From NCBI GenBank assembly GCA_965218795.1, contig OZ244653.1, positions 1,600,001 to 1,664,000 of the forward strand: a DNA stretch of 64,000 nucleotides, written 5' to 3'. Origin of the DNA: a bacterium. Its GTDB lineage: Bacteria; UBA8248; JACPRG01; G963555815. The notes below the pieces were generated by a model. That model saw only the letters and a program-made list of their open reading frames with translations, was not told the origin of the DNA and did not search any database. The position numbers and the translations under genes are program-made. Positions 39,087 through 49,608 of the stretch are shown here, in pieces; the first letter of the stretch is position 1, and every line of letters starts with the position of its first letter.

Positions 39087-40789
39087 ATGAGCGACGAGGT
39101 GTTTGCGTTTTCGACGACGGGCGAAGTGCTGATGGCCCTGCCGGTCGGGGACGCGTTGAAGGAGAGCCGGGAGCCGGAATATCCTGCTTACTCGGACGTC
39201 TTCTTCAAGAGAGCGCGGGCGGCCGAGGAGGCCGGCAATCATGAGGTTGCGAGGGCTTGGGCCCTGCTCGCCCATCTCTGCCGCGTGGTGCTGACGCCGA
39301 GCGAGCCGGGTGAGCCCTTTCGCCCTGTGTGGGGGGTAGCTGCAGAGGGATATTCGTTCCGGGCGACATGGACGAGGCAAGTGCGGCTGCGGTGCGTGAG
39401 CTCGGGTTGGCCGCAACCGACGCGGAGCTGCGTTCGCGGCTGCTCGACGCGATCTGGGAGCGGCTGCGCGACGCCGGGGCGGCTCGGGAAGCTGTCAGAA
39501 GCTATACGGATGCGGCCAACGCGCTGTTCGACCCCGAACATTGGACGGCATCCGTCGCTCGGATCGAGCGGGCGGCGCGGCTGGCGCGCCAGTTGCGCGA
39601 CTGGGGGCTGGTCGATGACATCTTGCAAGAGGTCGAGCACCGGGTGGTCGAGCTGGACGGTGGCGATCCCCTCTATCTGAGTTGCCGTCTGATGGACCTT
39701 CTTCATGACTTCAAGCGGGGTGACCAGGTTGCGCTGCGCCGGCAGGCCGAACAGTGCTCGGAACCCGGCCAGGAGTTGGTGGCGGCGCATATCCTGGAGA
39801 AGGCCCACGAGGCCTACAGGAACATTCCGGGCATGCGCGCCAAGGCGAATGAGGTTTACGCGCAACTGCGCGAGATCCAGCGGCGATCCGTGAAGCACAT
39901 GGGTCGGATCACGACCCGGATTCCGGACGCGTCCGCGATGATACGTGACGCGCGCGACTGTGTGGCCGGGAAACCGTTGCGGGAAGCGCTGCTTGCGCTG
40001 GCCACGTTCGTCCCGATCACCGACTTCGAGCAGGAAACCGAGAACGCGCGGGGTCTGATGGAGAAGTATCCCCTGCAGGGTCTTTTCGGCGGCGTGAGGA
40101 TAGATCATTCCGGGCGGGTGGTGGGGCGCACGAGAGTTGCTTTCACGACTGACGAGAATGAGTTCGAGCGGGCGCTACGGGAACGGGTCGTCCGGCACGT
40201 GGACCTGCGTTACCAGTTGATTGTGCAGACCGGCATCGTTCCGGTGATCAACCAGTTGAACTTCGAGCATTCCCTGAGGCTGGAGGACATGGTCGATCTC
40301 GTGGTGGACAACCCGTTCGTGCCTCCGGGGCACGAGGAACTCTTCGCGCGGGGGTTCCTGGCGGGGTTTCGATGGAATCTCGCGGAGGGCCTGTCGATTC
40401 TCGTTCCGCAGCTTGAGAACGCGCTTCGGCACGTGCTTGCCGGGGCCGACCGTGAAGTCACGACACGGGACAAGCACGGGATTCAGCATTTCATTCAGAT
40501 GGGCAGGATGCTGAGCGAGCACCGGCAGGACCTGGAAACGATGTTGGGCAAGGACATCGTGCAGGAGCTGAATATCCTCTTTGCCGATCAGAACGGGGCG
40601 GACCTTCGCAACCAGATTGCCCATGGCCTGATGGGGCAAGAGCAGTTCTTTCACCACGCGTCGATCTATGCGTGGTGGTTCGTTTTTCATCTCACGATCT
40701 GTCCTGTTCGGGAAAGGTTTCTGGGAGACGGCGAGTCGGCGGATCACACTGGGGATCGGGACGCGCCGGCCGGGCAAGGCGACGAATAG
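39087..40789 (+). pseudogene. DUF4209 (HEPN-like) domain protein, frameshifted
   Basis: The N-part MSDEVFAF..PFRPVW shifts near the G6 run (39331-39336) to the frame with ELRSRLLDAIW...LVPQLENALRH...DLRNQIAHG (RxxxxH). Confidence 0.7.
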
Positions 40790-41857
40790 CGTTCGAGCCG
40801 GAGCGCGCGAAGGGGGGCGAGGCCAGCCTCGATGCGGACTGATTCGCAAGCCACCACGGCAATTCGGCGGAATGGCGGGACCGCGACCGAACGGCGGAAC
40901 CCGCAATCGCAAGGAGCTGAGCACCGAACTGCGTCGCTCGCGATCTCGGGCGGTAGTCGCGCATCGGCAGTGACGGCACGCGGATCGCGCGAATGCCGAT
41001 ACCGAGGGGGCGGTGAGAGGCGCCGGTGCCGGCGCCCGGTGACGGGCCCCACCCCGTGTCCGGCCGGGCCATGACGGCTTCGGCGAACGGTTTCGACGGG
41101 TCGCAAGTTCCGGAAAACCATCGAATCAGGGGTACATGTCACGCCCCGGATTGAGTTGAATCCGCTGACTGCTTGTACACGGATTGGAATTCGGCGATTT
41201 TCGGAATCCGCGAGAGAGACAAATTAGCTTAATATTAACAGATGGTTACAGTTCATTGGGCAGCCAAGCTATTGGGTAGAGATGCACAAGAAAGACGGAG
41301 GTCGTGAATCGTCGCGGAAGCAAGGGGAGGAGACCCGGTTGCAGCCCGTTCCTGGTTGATGGCACTCGAAACTGTTGTGTTTCTTGATGCGCCCGCAGAT
41401 GCCGCGAACCTCGCCCGGAATCTGCTTGATGTCTGAGCGATTCCGCGCCAAGCTGCCAACGCCGCCGCACACATCGCGATTGCCATCACGAACGGCGTGA
41501 CGTCCGCGACGAGGGTGCGGTCCATGCCTTCTACGCCTCCTAGGAGGAGCAGATTGCGGAGTTGGCGGAAGAGTTCCTGCGGGAGAACGGTATCGTTCCG
41601 GAATGGAGATGAACCGCCTGGAACGGGATCGCCCGCGGCATTGGTTCGCGGCAACGGACGGCGCACCGGCAGCGCGATGGCATTGGTCAACGCCATCATC
41701 GCGGCCCTCGCCGGCGGGGGCTTCCGGGTTCGGGGCGACTCCGGGCCGGAGGCCGAACGGCTACGATTCGCGCGGCCGATGGTCTCGAATCGGCGGAAAC
41801 GGCGGATCGGCGGCGGCACACGGCGTCAGGAGCGCGCCTCGGTACGACACGATCTCC

Positions 41858-41988
41858 GTGTTGAAATAGTGTTGAACTTTGCAGGTAGCCGTCAGTCAGG
41901 AAGCATGGAGAAACAGATATCTACATATAATATCAATATGTTATGCAACCGCCGCAACGCATGGAAAAAAGCGATCCATAAATTCCCA
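41858..41988. other. att-like end of a second integrative element abutting the integrase
   Basis: Tandem GTGTTGAA (41858, 41869), exact IHF consensus TATCAATATGTTA (41931-41943), junction at TTCCCA (41983-41988). Confidence 0.55.
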
Positions 41989-42741
41989 GCGCAACGTTAG
42001 GATCTCGCTCTTCCGGCATCCGGTCAGCATCAGCAGACGGAGCGCCGCGATTGCCGGCGGCCACACCGAGCCGTCCGCCTCCACATCCCTCAATACCCGG
42101 CCCAGGCGCCGGAACTCCTCCAGTGTCAGGAACCGCTCATTCGACCGTGTCTTGTAACGGCGCACCGACCCGCATGGGTTCCGGCCGGCCGGCATCCGGT
42201 CCCACGCCTCGGCCAGCGAGAACATCTTCGACAGAAGCTTGACGGCCTGGTTGGCCATTGCAGGCGTGTCGCGAAGTTGGTGATGCAGCGCGGAGATCTC
42301 CTTTCGTCCGACCTCGCTGATGGCCTTATCGCCCAGGACGGGAAGAATGTGCTTGTCAAGCACGCTCCGGTACGTTGCAACGGTTCTCGGCTTGCAGTGC
42401 GCCTTTACATGGGTGCTCATGAAACGTTCGGACAGATCAGCCACGGTGAGCTCCGGTTCGGGCAGCGCGGGCACGGGGTCCTCCCCCCGCTTGATGCGGT
42501 CGATGACAACGGCCGCCCGTTTCCTCGCCTCATCGGTCGACATGTCCCCATGCCGCCCGAGGGTCACACGTTTCGGTCCGGCCGGCCCCCGGGACTGGAC
42601 TACGTAGACCTTCCGGCCCGTGGCATGGACCCGTACTCCGAAGCCGGCAAGGTCCCGATCCCAGAAGACGGCATCCTCGGCTTCGACGGTGAGCGCGTCC
42701 ACGGTGCGTTTGGTGATCCTGAGCTCGCTTCTTCTGGGCAT
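41983..42741 (-). pseudogene. Tyrosine integrase with Arm DNA-binding (DUF4102-like) domain, truncated after box I
   Basis: ITKRTVDAL..FWDRDLAGFGVRV..G.KVYVVQ..RVTLGRHG and LLMLTGCRKSEILTLRWE, then unrelated sequence. The catalytic K, HxxR and Y are missing. Confidence 0.88.
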
Positions 42742-42931
42742 GGCCGCTCCTTGCCTTTGTTCTATGGTGATTCGGTATGCAATTCCGTAATCAAATAGAA
42801 CACAAGCCGCATCAAATCGGTGCGTATTTGAGCACAAGCGTGGCGGGAATGCAAGGGGTCGGAGGTGGGTGAACAACAGAAATAACCGAATAAAAACAGA
42901 TAATTATCCTAATCTGACGCATTCAGGCGCA

Positions 42932-43630
42932 TCATTGGCGGAGCGATGGATTTATAACAATATCTTTCGTTTGGGAAGACGCCTCGTCGTACGAAACAAG
43001 CGAGGGCCATAAGCGTTCGAACACGGCCCGGTAGATCGGGCTGCCGGCCATTGCCCGTTTGACCTCGAAGTTCGTGGGAACGTACCCCGCCTGCTCCATG
43101 CGCTCCGCAGGGTTGTCCACGCGGCCGAATTGCGGGTTCTCCGATATCGAGGCTGCTATCTCGTCGAAGTATTCTTCCACGTCCGTGGCGATGTAGAGAC
43201 AGCCGCCGGGGATGAGCGTCCGCGCAAGATCCTCCAGAAAACCGGCCCTGAAAAGGCGCCGTTTCCGATGCCGCTTCTTCCACCAGGGATCCGGAAAGTA
43301 GATATGATATGCGTGGACGGAGTCTTCAGGAACCGCCTCGTGAATCAGAGTCAGCGCGTCACCGTAGAGAATTCGTACATTGAGCAGCCGCCGCTTCTGA
43401 ATGCGGGGGCGGGCGATACGAAAATACCGAGCCTTCCGTTCGATCCCGAAATAGTTGACGTCAGGGAACCGTTCCCCCGCTGAAATCAGAAACCTGCCCT
43501 TCCCGAAGCCGATCTCAACCTCGACGGGGTGGTTGTTGCCGTAAAGATCGGCCCACCGAATGGGTCCGAAGGCATCCGCCCTTCGGACCTCCGGGTCAAA
43601 CGAGCTGATGATTTCACCGGGAGCGCCCAT
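42932..43630 (-). CDS. trmB: tRNA (guanine-N7)-methyltransferase
   Basis: VEIGFGKG, FGIE, YFPDPWWKKRHRKRR, ATDVEEY, TNFE.K. Confidence 0.92.
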   Translation of the reverse strand: MGAPGEIISSFDPEVRRADAFGPIRWADLYGNNHPVEVEIGFGKGRFLISAGERFPDVNYFGIERKARYFRIARPRIQKRRLLNVRILYGDALTLIHEAVPEDSVHAYHIYFPDPWWKKRHRKRRLFRAGFLEDLARTLIPGGCLYIATDVEEYFDEIAASISENPQFGRVDNPAERMEQAGYVPTNFEVKRAMAGSPIYRAVFERLWPSLVSYDEASSQTKDIVINPSLRQ

Positions 43631-43690
43631 AACGCTCGTATTTATGGCACATCCTTCCTCGAAAAACGACAAACCCGCAGGACTCCCGCC

Positions 43691-43731
43691 AAAAAAAGCG
43701 TCCCCCGGAGCGGATGCTCCGGGGGACGCTT
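43691..43731 (-). terminator. Rho-independent terminator after the sigma factor
   Basis: AAGCGTCCCCCGGAGC-ATCC-GCTCCGGGGGACGCTTTTTTT on the minus strand. Confidence 0.85.
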
Positions 43732-43752
43732 ATTGATGTTTCCGGTGAAAAC

Positions 43753-44640
43753 TTAATTCAGGATGTCTTTCAGCATGGCCATCCGACCTTGGCCGCGCAG
43801 ACGCCTGAGGGCCTGCTTCTCCAATTGCCGGATCCGCTCACGCGAGAGATTCATCCGCTCTCCAATCTCCTGAAGCGTCATGGGGTCGCCCTTGAAGCCG
43901 TACCGCATCCTCAGGATATCTCCCTCCCGCTTCGGCAGAGCCGTCAAGGCCGAGAGGAGCTGATTGGAGATTGCGGACCGATTCATGCGATCTTCGGCCT
44001 GGTTGTCGTTCCCGTCCGTCAACAGGTCGACGTGATTGATGCTGTCCGCGTCGCCCAGGGGAGCATCCAGGGACAGGGCTTCGCGGGCGGCCTTCAGCAT
44101 GACGACCTCTTCAGGAAGCTCATGCATCGCCTCGGCCAGATCCTGCAGCGAGGGCTCTTCCCCGGTGGCCTGCTCAATTTCGCGAATCATCTCCCGGACC
44201 TTCAACCGCTTCTGCGCCTGTTTGACCGAGAGATGAACCGCACCACCCTGGGAGGCAATGGCGTGAACCATGGCCTGGCGAATCCACCAGACGGCATAGG
44301 TGATAAAACGGACGCCACGCTCGGGATCGAACCGCTTGGCGGCTTCGATGAGTCCGATGTTGCCCTCATGAATCAGGTCCGCCATGCTGACGCCGCAACC
44401 CTTATAGCGGTTGGCGACGCTCACCACATACCGCAGGTTGGAACGGATGAACAGGTCCCAGGATTTCCTGTCGCCCCGCTTGGCCCGTTTAATGACTTTT
44501 TGTTCGGTCTCCCGATCCAGAACGGGAATTTCCCGAATGGATGCGAGGTACGCGCTCAGTGCATCGGGCGCCACGGTTTGCGCGCGCTGTAACCCGTTCC
44601 GATCTTCCTGCTTCTCGATCTTGTCCAACATCGTACTCAT
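43753..44640 (-). CDS. RNA polymerase sigma-70 factor without region 1.1 (group 2/3-like)
   Basis: NLRYVVSVA..Y, DLIHEGNIGL..A..FDP.RG.RF.TYAVWWIRQ, SLDAP, TLQEIGE.MNLSRERIRQLE. Confidence 0.92.
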   Translation of the reverse strand: MSTMLDKIEKQEDRNGLQRAQTVAPDALSAYLASIREIPVLDRETEQKVIKRAKRGDRKSWDLFIRSNLRYVVSVANRYKGCGVSMADLIHEGNIGLIEAAKRFDPERGVRFITYAVWWIRQAMVHAIASQGGAVHLSVKQAQKRLKVREMIREIEQATGEEPSLQDLAEAMHELPEEVVMLKAAREALSLDAPLGDADSINHVDLLTDGNDNQAEDRMNRSAISNQLLSALTALPKREGDILRMRYGFKGDPMTLQEIGERMNLSRERIRQLEKQALRRLRGQGRMAMLKDILN

Positions 44641-44916
44641 CTTTTTGTCCTTAGCCCTCCGTCCAGTTTCGTCACTCAAAACAATGATGAAGCCGGTCTG
44701 GTTCGGGCAAAACAAAGAGCAGGGACAATCCTCTGGATTGCTCCCTGCTCCCATTGCTCATCAAGGCTGATAAATCACCCCTGCATGAAACGAATCCCTT
44801 CCACCCAACTCATTTTCAAATAATAATCCCTTTTTTTCTATATGTCAATACTTAAATATGTATCTGGCCAAAAAAACCTTTGGGCGGCGTGGCGTTCGAG
44901 GGCAGGCCCTCAGATT

Positions 44917-45099
44917 GTCATTCCTGCGCAAGCAGGAATCCAGAGAAGTGGACCCCGGCCTGAAGCCTGCCGGGGTGACAGGCTGGAGGCTCCCCGCCCC
45001 TTGATTTTGAAACCTTCGAGGGCATGACGGGCGCGTGTTGCAGGAGTCATTCCCGTTGGCTTGTCCCCGAAGGCTTGAGTCGGGGGAGCGGGAATCCAG
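44917..45099. repeat. REP/BIME-like palindrome cluster
   Basis: GTCATTCCTGCGCAAGCAGGAATCCAG, TGGACCCCGGC..GCCGGGGTGAC, and GTCATTCCCG-[CCCCGA..TCGGGG]-CGGGAATCCAG. Confidence 0.85.
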
Positions 45100-45219
45100 A
45101 AAAAAGGCCTGGCTCGTCAAGCGTATCATTCCCTTCAAAAAAAACCCGCCTTTTCGTGGATCGCCGAACCAGTCAATCGGGCATTCGGTTTTCGACCGCC
45201 CGCTTCAAAAAAACCCCGC

Positions 45220-45882
45220 CTATAGCTCGCCGGCGAGCCTGTCCCGCCATTCAGGGACAATCCGCCTCATGATTTCAAGGACTTTCAGACGGGCCGCTTC
45301 CGCTTTTTCCTGTTTCTCCTCTGTTGTGGCGAACTCCTCCAGGATGACGCGGCCCAACCGGGAATGGAAGACTTCATCCTTTTGGATTTTTCGATACACG
45401 GCCGCCGTTCTCGGATCGAAGGGTTCGATTACGTCGATGAACGCCACATTGGCCCAGAAGGCCAACACCGTCTCTTCCGTATAATTGTTCATCATAATCC
45501 GCTCGGTGATATCCCAGGGGGTGCAATCCATGAAGAAGTCGAACAGGTCCCGGTAAGCATCGAGCGGTTCCCATTTCCAGGGTTCTTCGTCGCCCAACTC
45601 CTGGAGACGGGCCTGTACCCAGCGGACGTGCCGAAATTCGTCATCCACCTGCCGCGCCAACAGGTGCTGGGCCTTGAGAGGAGAATTGGGAATCCACGCC
45701 GCAGATACCTCCGCCACCCGCAACTCATTGTACAAGCCCTGCTTGAGGCGCATGTGGATCATCCTCCCTACCTTTTCCGAATCGCCCGTCTTATAGGACA
45801 TGAAGGACTTCTCAACGTTCAACTCTTCGTAAAAGGCGCGGTTCCGTTTTTCGGCTTCCTTGACGAACGTCTTACTGTCCAC
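45220..45882 (-). CDS. Ferritin-like four-helix di-metal protein
   Basis: Ligand pattern E..DEFRH..EE..DEVFH; GGAGGTG RBS. Confidence 0.75.
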   Translation of the reverse strand: MDSKTFVKEAEKRNRAFYEELNVEKSFMSYKTGDSEKVGRMIHMRLKQGLYNELRVAEVSAAWIPNSPLKAQHLLARQVDDEFRHVRWVQARLQELGDEEPWKWEPLDAYRDLFDFFMDCTPWDITERIMMNNYTEETVLAFWANVAFIDVIEPFDPRTAAVYRKIQKDEVFHSRLGRVILEEFATTEEKQEKAEAARLKVLEIMRRIVPEWRDRLAGEL

Positions 45883-46106
45883 GAAATATCACCTCCAAGA
45901 CGTAGGCGGGGGCTTTCGGGTGATCAATTTCTCCACCGATCGAAGAAGATTTCCGTAAGCGAAATGTATAACATACTCCCATCTGATTTCACATGACGGC
46001 ACTGAACGACCGAAGCCGGAAAACGAAGGGCCCTTGGATGCCGGCTGGCTTGATGCCGTTCATCGAATCATGTCATGAATGAAGCTGCCTCCGGGCTGTT
46101 CAACAG

Positions 46107-46403
46107 CGAAGACATTCGGGGGCGGGCTGCAAGCAGGAATCCATGAGGGGGGCGCGCCACGATCTGCCACGCACCCAAAGCGATTCGCTCATGCCGGCGC
46201 CCGACCGGCCCGGGGGCGTGAAGGACGAACGACTCAGGCTACACTGGATTCCCGCTTTCGCGGGAAGGACGGACCGAGGGGATTCGGTGTGGGTTTAGTC
46301 TGTCATTCCTGCCCCCGATAGAAGCCTTCGGGGACAGGCTGCGGCAGGAATCCAGGGGCAGACTCCCCGATGAAGACGTTCGGAGGCGGGTTGCAAGCAG
46401 GAA
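46107..46403. repeat. REP/BIME-like palindrome cluster with nested cassettes
   Basis: GAAGACATTCGGGGGCGGGCTGCAAGCAGGAATCC, TGGATTCCCGCTTTCGCGGGAAGGAC, GTCATTCCTGCCCCCGATAGAAGCCTTCGGGG..CAGGAATCCAG, CCCCGATGAAGACGTTCGGAGGCGGGTTGCAAGCAGGAA. Confidence 0.85.
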
Positions 46404-46488
46404 GGACCCATTTTGAAATATGATATCCGCGGAAATATCCGCTGCCGGGCTCCTGCGGATTAAGAGTCAAGAGCGATGAGGTGAGAAG

Positions 46489-47481
46489 ATGATCAACGGT
46501 CATACCGTCGTGGATGCGCATCATCACTATATCCCGGGAGAGCTTCTTCACAACCTGGAAGACTACCTCCCCAGGGAGGTCGCCACCCGGAAAAAGGGTG
46601 AGCGAATCTCTTTTTGGAGGGACGGTATCGAGCTCTTGACGCCCGATACCATCCTGATGCCCGACATGGACAAACAAATCGCCGACATGGACGCCGGAGG
46701 CGTGGACATTGCCGTATGCTCAATCAGCAGCGTCCAGGAATTCTGCACCATGAAGATGGCCCGGGTGGTCAATGACGGGATGGCGGAAATTCAACGCAGA
46801 TACCCGGAACGGGCCTGGGGGCTGATCCATGTTCCCCCCTTTGATGACGGGGCGCTCGATGAAGTCGAGCGCGGCGCCAAAGACCTCGGTCTCAAGGGGA
46901 TCTGTGTCACGACCCACACCCAGGGAAGGTATCTTGACGCCGAAGAATACATGCCCCTGTTCCACAAGGCTCACGACCTCGGACTCCCCATCGTCGTTCA
47001 TGCCGCCACGATTCCGGCCGATTACGAGAGAACGCTCGAGCGCTACGACCTGGCCCGATCCATGGGGCGCGTGCTCGACCACACCCTGGCGACCATCCGG
47101 CTGATTTTCAGCGATCACCTGAGGGAGTTGCCGCGTCTCAAGTTCTTCCAGGGTCACCTGGGGGGGGCGATGTTCATTCTGAGGGGGCGCTTCGATCCCT
47201 CCTACAAGACCCACTGGAATCCGGCAGAGGTCGAATACGACAAGTACATCGACCAAATGCTGTTCGACACGGCGCCGCCTTACTGGTACAAAGCGGAGGT
47301 GCGGTGCGCCATCGAGACCCTGGGCTCGGAACGCATTTGCTACGGGAGCGACTATCCCATCCAGCCGGACTGGATTGAGCGGTCCCTGAACCTCGTGACC
47401 GGCCAGGAGCACCTGGGCGACGACCAGCTGGCCGACGTGCTGGGCCGTAACGCTCTTCGCGCCTTCGGCCGGATGGATTGA
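46489..47481 (+). CDS. Amidohydrolase_2 family (ACMSD/LigW-like decarboxylase or hydratase)
   Basis: VDAHHHY, PIVVHA, GHLGG, YGSDYP. Confidence 0.88.
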   Translation: MINGHTVVDAHHHYIPGELLHNLEDYLPREVATRKKGERISFWRDGIELLTPDTILMPDMDKQIADMDAGGVDIAVCSISSVQEFCTMKMARVVNDGMAEIQRRYPERAWGLIHVPPFDDGALDEVERGAKDLGLKGICVTTHTQGRYLDAEEYMPLFHKAHDLGLPIVVHAATIPADYERTLERYDLARSMGRVLDHTLATIRLIFSDHLRELPRLKFFQGHLGGAMFILRGRFDPSYKTHWNPAEVEYDKYIDQMLFDTAPPYWYKAEVRCAIETLGSERICYGSDYPIQPDWIERSLNLVTGQEHLGDDQLADVLGRNALRAFGRMD

Positions 47482-47524
47482 TTTTGTCAGTCCCCGGCGG
47501 GCCTGCGGCCCCGCGGGATTCGGG

Positions 47525-48958
47525 ATGAACCTGGAGACCGGAAAGATGCCGAAAGACTTACGGACCTACATCGACCTTTTGGATGAACATCGGGAGCTGG
47601 TCCACGTGGAGAAAGAGGTCGACCCCGACAACAACATCGGAACGCTCTGTCACCTGGCCCAGGAACGGGCCATCTGGATGAAGAAAATCAAGGGACATCC
47701 CGGCTGGACGGCTCTTGCCCAGGCGCCTGCGAATTGGCGGCATCTGGCCATGGCGATGGGGGTGAAGCAGGAAGAACTCGTATTCCACGTCGCCGGTCTG
47801 CTGAGCGCGGCGCCCACCGAGCCCGTCTTTCTGAACGGAGAGCCCGCGCCCTGCCAGGAGAAAATATACTCCGGGGACGACGCTGATATCGGGATCCTTC
47901 CCGCCCACCTGCAAAGCCGAGAGGACGGCGGGAAGTGCATATCGGCGTCCATCTGCATTTGCAGAGACCCCGATACCGGCAAGTACAACCTCTCGTACCA
48001 CCGGATGATGCCGCTGGGAAAACAGGAGACGGGTTTCCTGATGCTGCCCCGGCACATGTGGCGGGTCTACAGAAAATATGAGGAGAAGGGTCGGTCGATG
48101 CCCATCGCCGCAATCATCGGCCACCACCCGGGATTCGCCCTGGCCGGAGGCATCTCGGGGACGGAAGAAATCGATGAGATTCGACTCGCCGGAACCTTCC
48201 TGGGGGAACCCGTCCGCATGGTCAAGGCGAAGAGCATCGATCTGGAGGTGCCGGCCGATGCCGAGATCATCGTGGAAGGGGAAATCCCTCCCGACACCCG
48301 GAAGACCGAAGGCCCGTTCGGCGAATTTCAGGGATATTACCTGACGGGCGAAACGAATTCCCCGGTCTTCCGCGTCAAGACGATCACAATGCGCAATGAC
48401 GCCATTTACAAGATTGTTCAGAGCGCCTACAACACCGAGGCGGCCATCTTCCACCGCGTCCCCATGGCGGTGAATCTCTTGAATCGCCTCAAGCAGAACG
48501 AGGGGATGATTCAGATTCACACCATCAACGTATTGCCGACGAACTTCACGGTGGTGGTCCAGATGACGCCCAGCTACGAAGGACAGGCCAAGAATATCCT
48601 CATGTCCGCGCTCTCGGGCGGTTACCTTCACCACAAGATCGCCATCGGCGTGGATGAAGACGTGGATCCGTTCGATCTGGATGAAGTCTTCTTCGCCGTC
48701 TCCACCCGGGTCAATCCCGCCGTGGACATTGTGACCGTCCCCGGGGTGCGCAACCACCCCATGGATCCCTCCATCACTTGCGTGGACCCGGAGCGGGATT
48801 ACGCGGGCAAGGTCCAGAGCGTCGGGTCCAAGGTGATCATCGACGCGACGAAACCCTCGCTCACCCATCCCGCGCGGAAGCGTTTCGATCGGGTCGTTCC
48901 GACGGGCTGGGGGGAGTTCGATCCGGAAGCGTTCTTTCCGGATGAGAAGCCTTGGTAG
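47525..48958 (+). CDS. UbiD-family prFMN-dependent (de)carboxylase
   Basis: YNLSYHRM, LEVPADAEIIVEG, EGPFGEFQGY, VDEDVDPFD..EV, K.IIDATKP. Confidence 0.92.
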   Translation: MNLETGKMPKDLRTYIDLLDEHRELVHVEKEVDPDNNIGTLCHLAQERAIWMKKIKGHPGWTALAQAPANWRHLAMAMGVKQEELVFHVAGLLSAAPTEPVFLNGEPAPCQEKIYSGDDADIGILPAHLQSREDGGKCISASICICRDPDTGKYNLSYHRMMPLGKQETGFLMLPRHMWRVYRKYEEKGRSMPIAAIIGHHPGFALAGGISGTEEIDEIRLAGTFLGEPVRMVKAKSIDLEVPADAEIIVEGEIPPDTRKTEGPFGEFQGYYLTGETNSPVFRVKTITMRNDAIYKIVQSAYNTEAAIFHRVPMAVNLLNRLKQNEGMIQIHTINVLPTNFTVVVQMTPSYEGQAKNILMSALSGGYLHHKIAIGVDEDVDPFDLDEVFFAVSTRVNPAVDIVTVPGVRNHPMDPSITCVDPERDYAGKVQSVGSKVIIDATKPSLTHPARKRFDRVVPTGWGEFDPEAFFPDEKPW

Positions 48959-49134
48959 GGATTTCGTGTCGGAAACAGGACGGAGGATAGTAGTGACCGT
49001 CTTCGCTAATTTCTCACAACATGTACGACCAGGCATCTTCCCGAACAAACGACACCTTAAAAAGGGGGAAGGTGATTCCCCAAATGACGGGTTGGGAATC
49101 CTTGTGGCGGGTGTGGAGGTGTCGCCCCTGCATC

Positions 49135-49260
49135 CTGGATTCCCGCTTCTGCGGGAATGACAAGACGGGGGGTCTGTAGGGTTCTGTTCTGTCATTCCTG
49201 CGCAGGCAGGAATCCATACGGTATGATCCCCGATAGAAACTTTCGGTGGCGGATTGCACA
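49135..49260. repeat. REP doublet plus cassette interrupted by an IS
   Basis: CTGGATTCCCGCTTCTGCGGGAATGAC..GTCATTCCTGCGCAGGCAGGAATCCA, then CCCCGATAGAAACTTTCGGTGGCGGATTGCA cut by the IS end. Confidence 0.85.
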
Positions 49261-49329
49261 TGACCTGCCCCCTTCAAACGGGTCCAGTTTATAAATGAGT
49301 ATTCCTGGATTTTCGGAAGGAGGGGAAGG

Positions 49330-49608
49330 ATGGCAAGGAAGCGGTTTACGGCCGAGCAGATCATCATCAAGCTGCGAGAGGCGGAGGTGGCCCAGTCCCA
49401 GGGGAAGACGGTAGGCCAGGTGTGCAAGCAGATCGGGGTGACGGAGCAAACCTACTACCGGTGGAGGAAGGAGTACGGGGGTCTGAGGATGGACCAGGCC
49501 AAGCGTCTGAAGTCCCTGGAGCAGGAGAATGCCCGGCTGAAGAAGCTGGTGGCGGATCTGTCCCTGGACAACCAGATCCTGAAGGAAGTCTCCTCGGGAA
49601 ACTTCTAA
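49330..49608 (+). CDS. IS407-group transposase OrfA
   Basis: RKRFTAEQII.KLREAE..TYYRWRKEYGG..LEQENARLKKLVADLSLD..GNF*. Confidence 0.92.
   Translation: MARKRFTAEQIIIKLREAEVAQSQGKTVGQVCKQIGVTEQTYYRWRKEYGGLRMDQAKRLKSLEQENARLKKLVADLSLDNQILKEVSSGNF

Larger units (their letters stand above)
31300..42977. mobile_element. Decayed composite genomic/defence island adjoining the trmB 3' end
   Basis: Visible GC drop from about 31370, defence-type cargo, IS3, truncated tyrosine integrase, and att-like AT-rich ends at about 41140-41260, 41850-41990 and 42780-42980. The left boundary is approximate. Confidence 0.7.

Noticed and set aside
41246-41819. Small ORFs inside the island
   Set aside because: Possibly a frameshifted small membrane protein (RBS before about 41525), but no consistent frame or motif supports a call.
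42900-43020. tRNA or tmRNA as the island integration site
   Set aside because: No cloverleaf or T-arm GTTCRAATC seen at either island edge.
45133-45221. Direct repeat CTTCAAAAAAA(A)CCCGCCT, two copies 70 bp apart
   Set aside because: Only two copies; most likely terminator-related or a local duplication with no supportable function.
44917-46403. Repeats as a CRISPR array
   Set aside because: Units are inverted, irregularly spaced and degenerate, and no cas genes are present; they fit REP/BIME.
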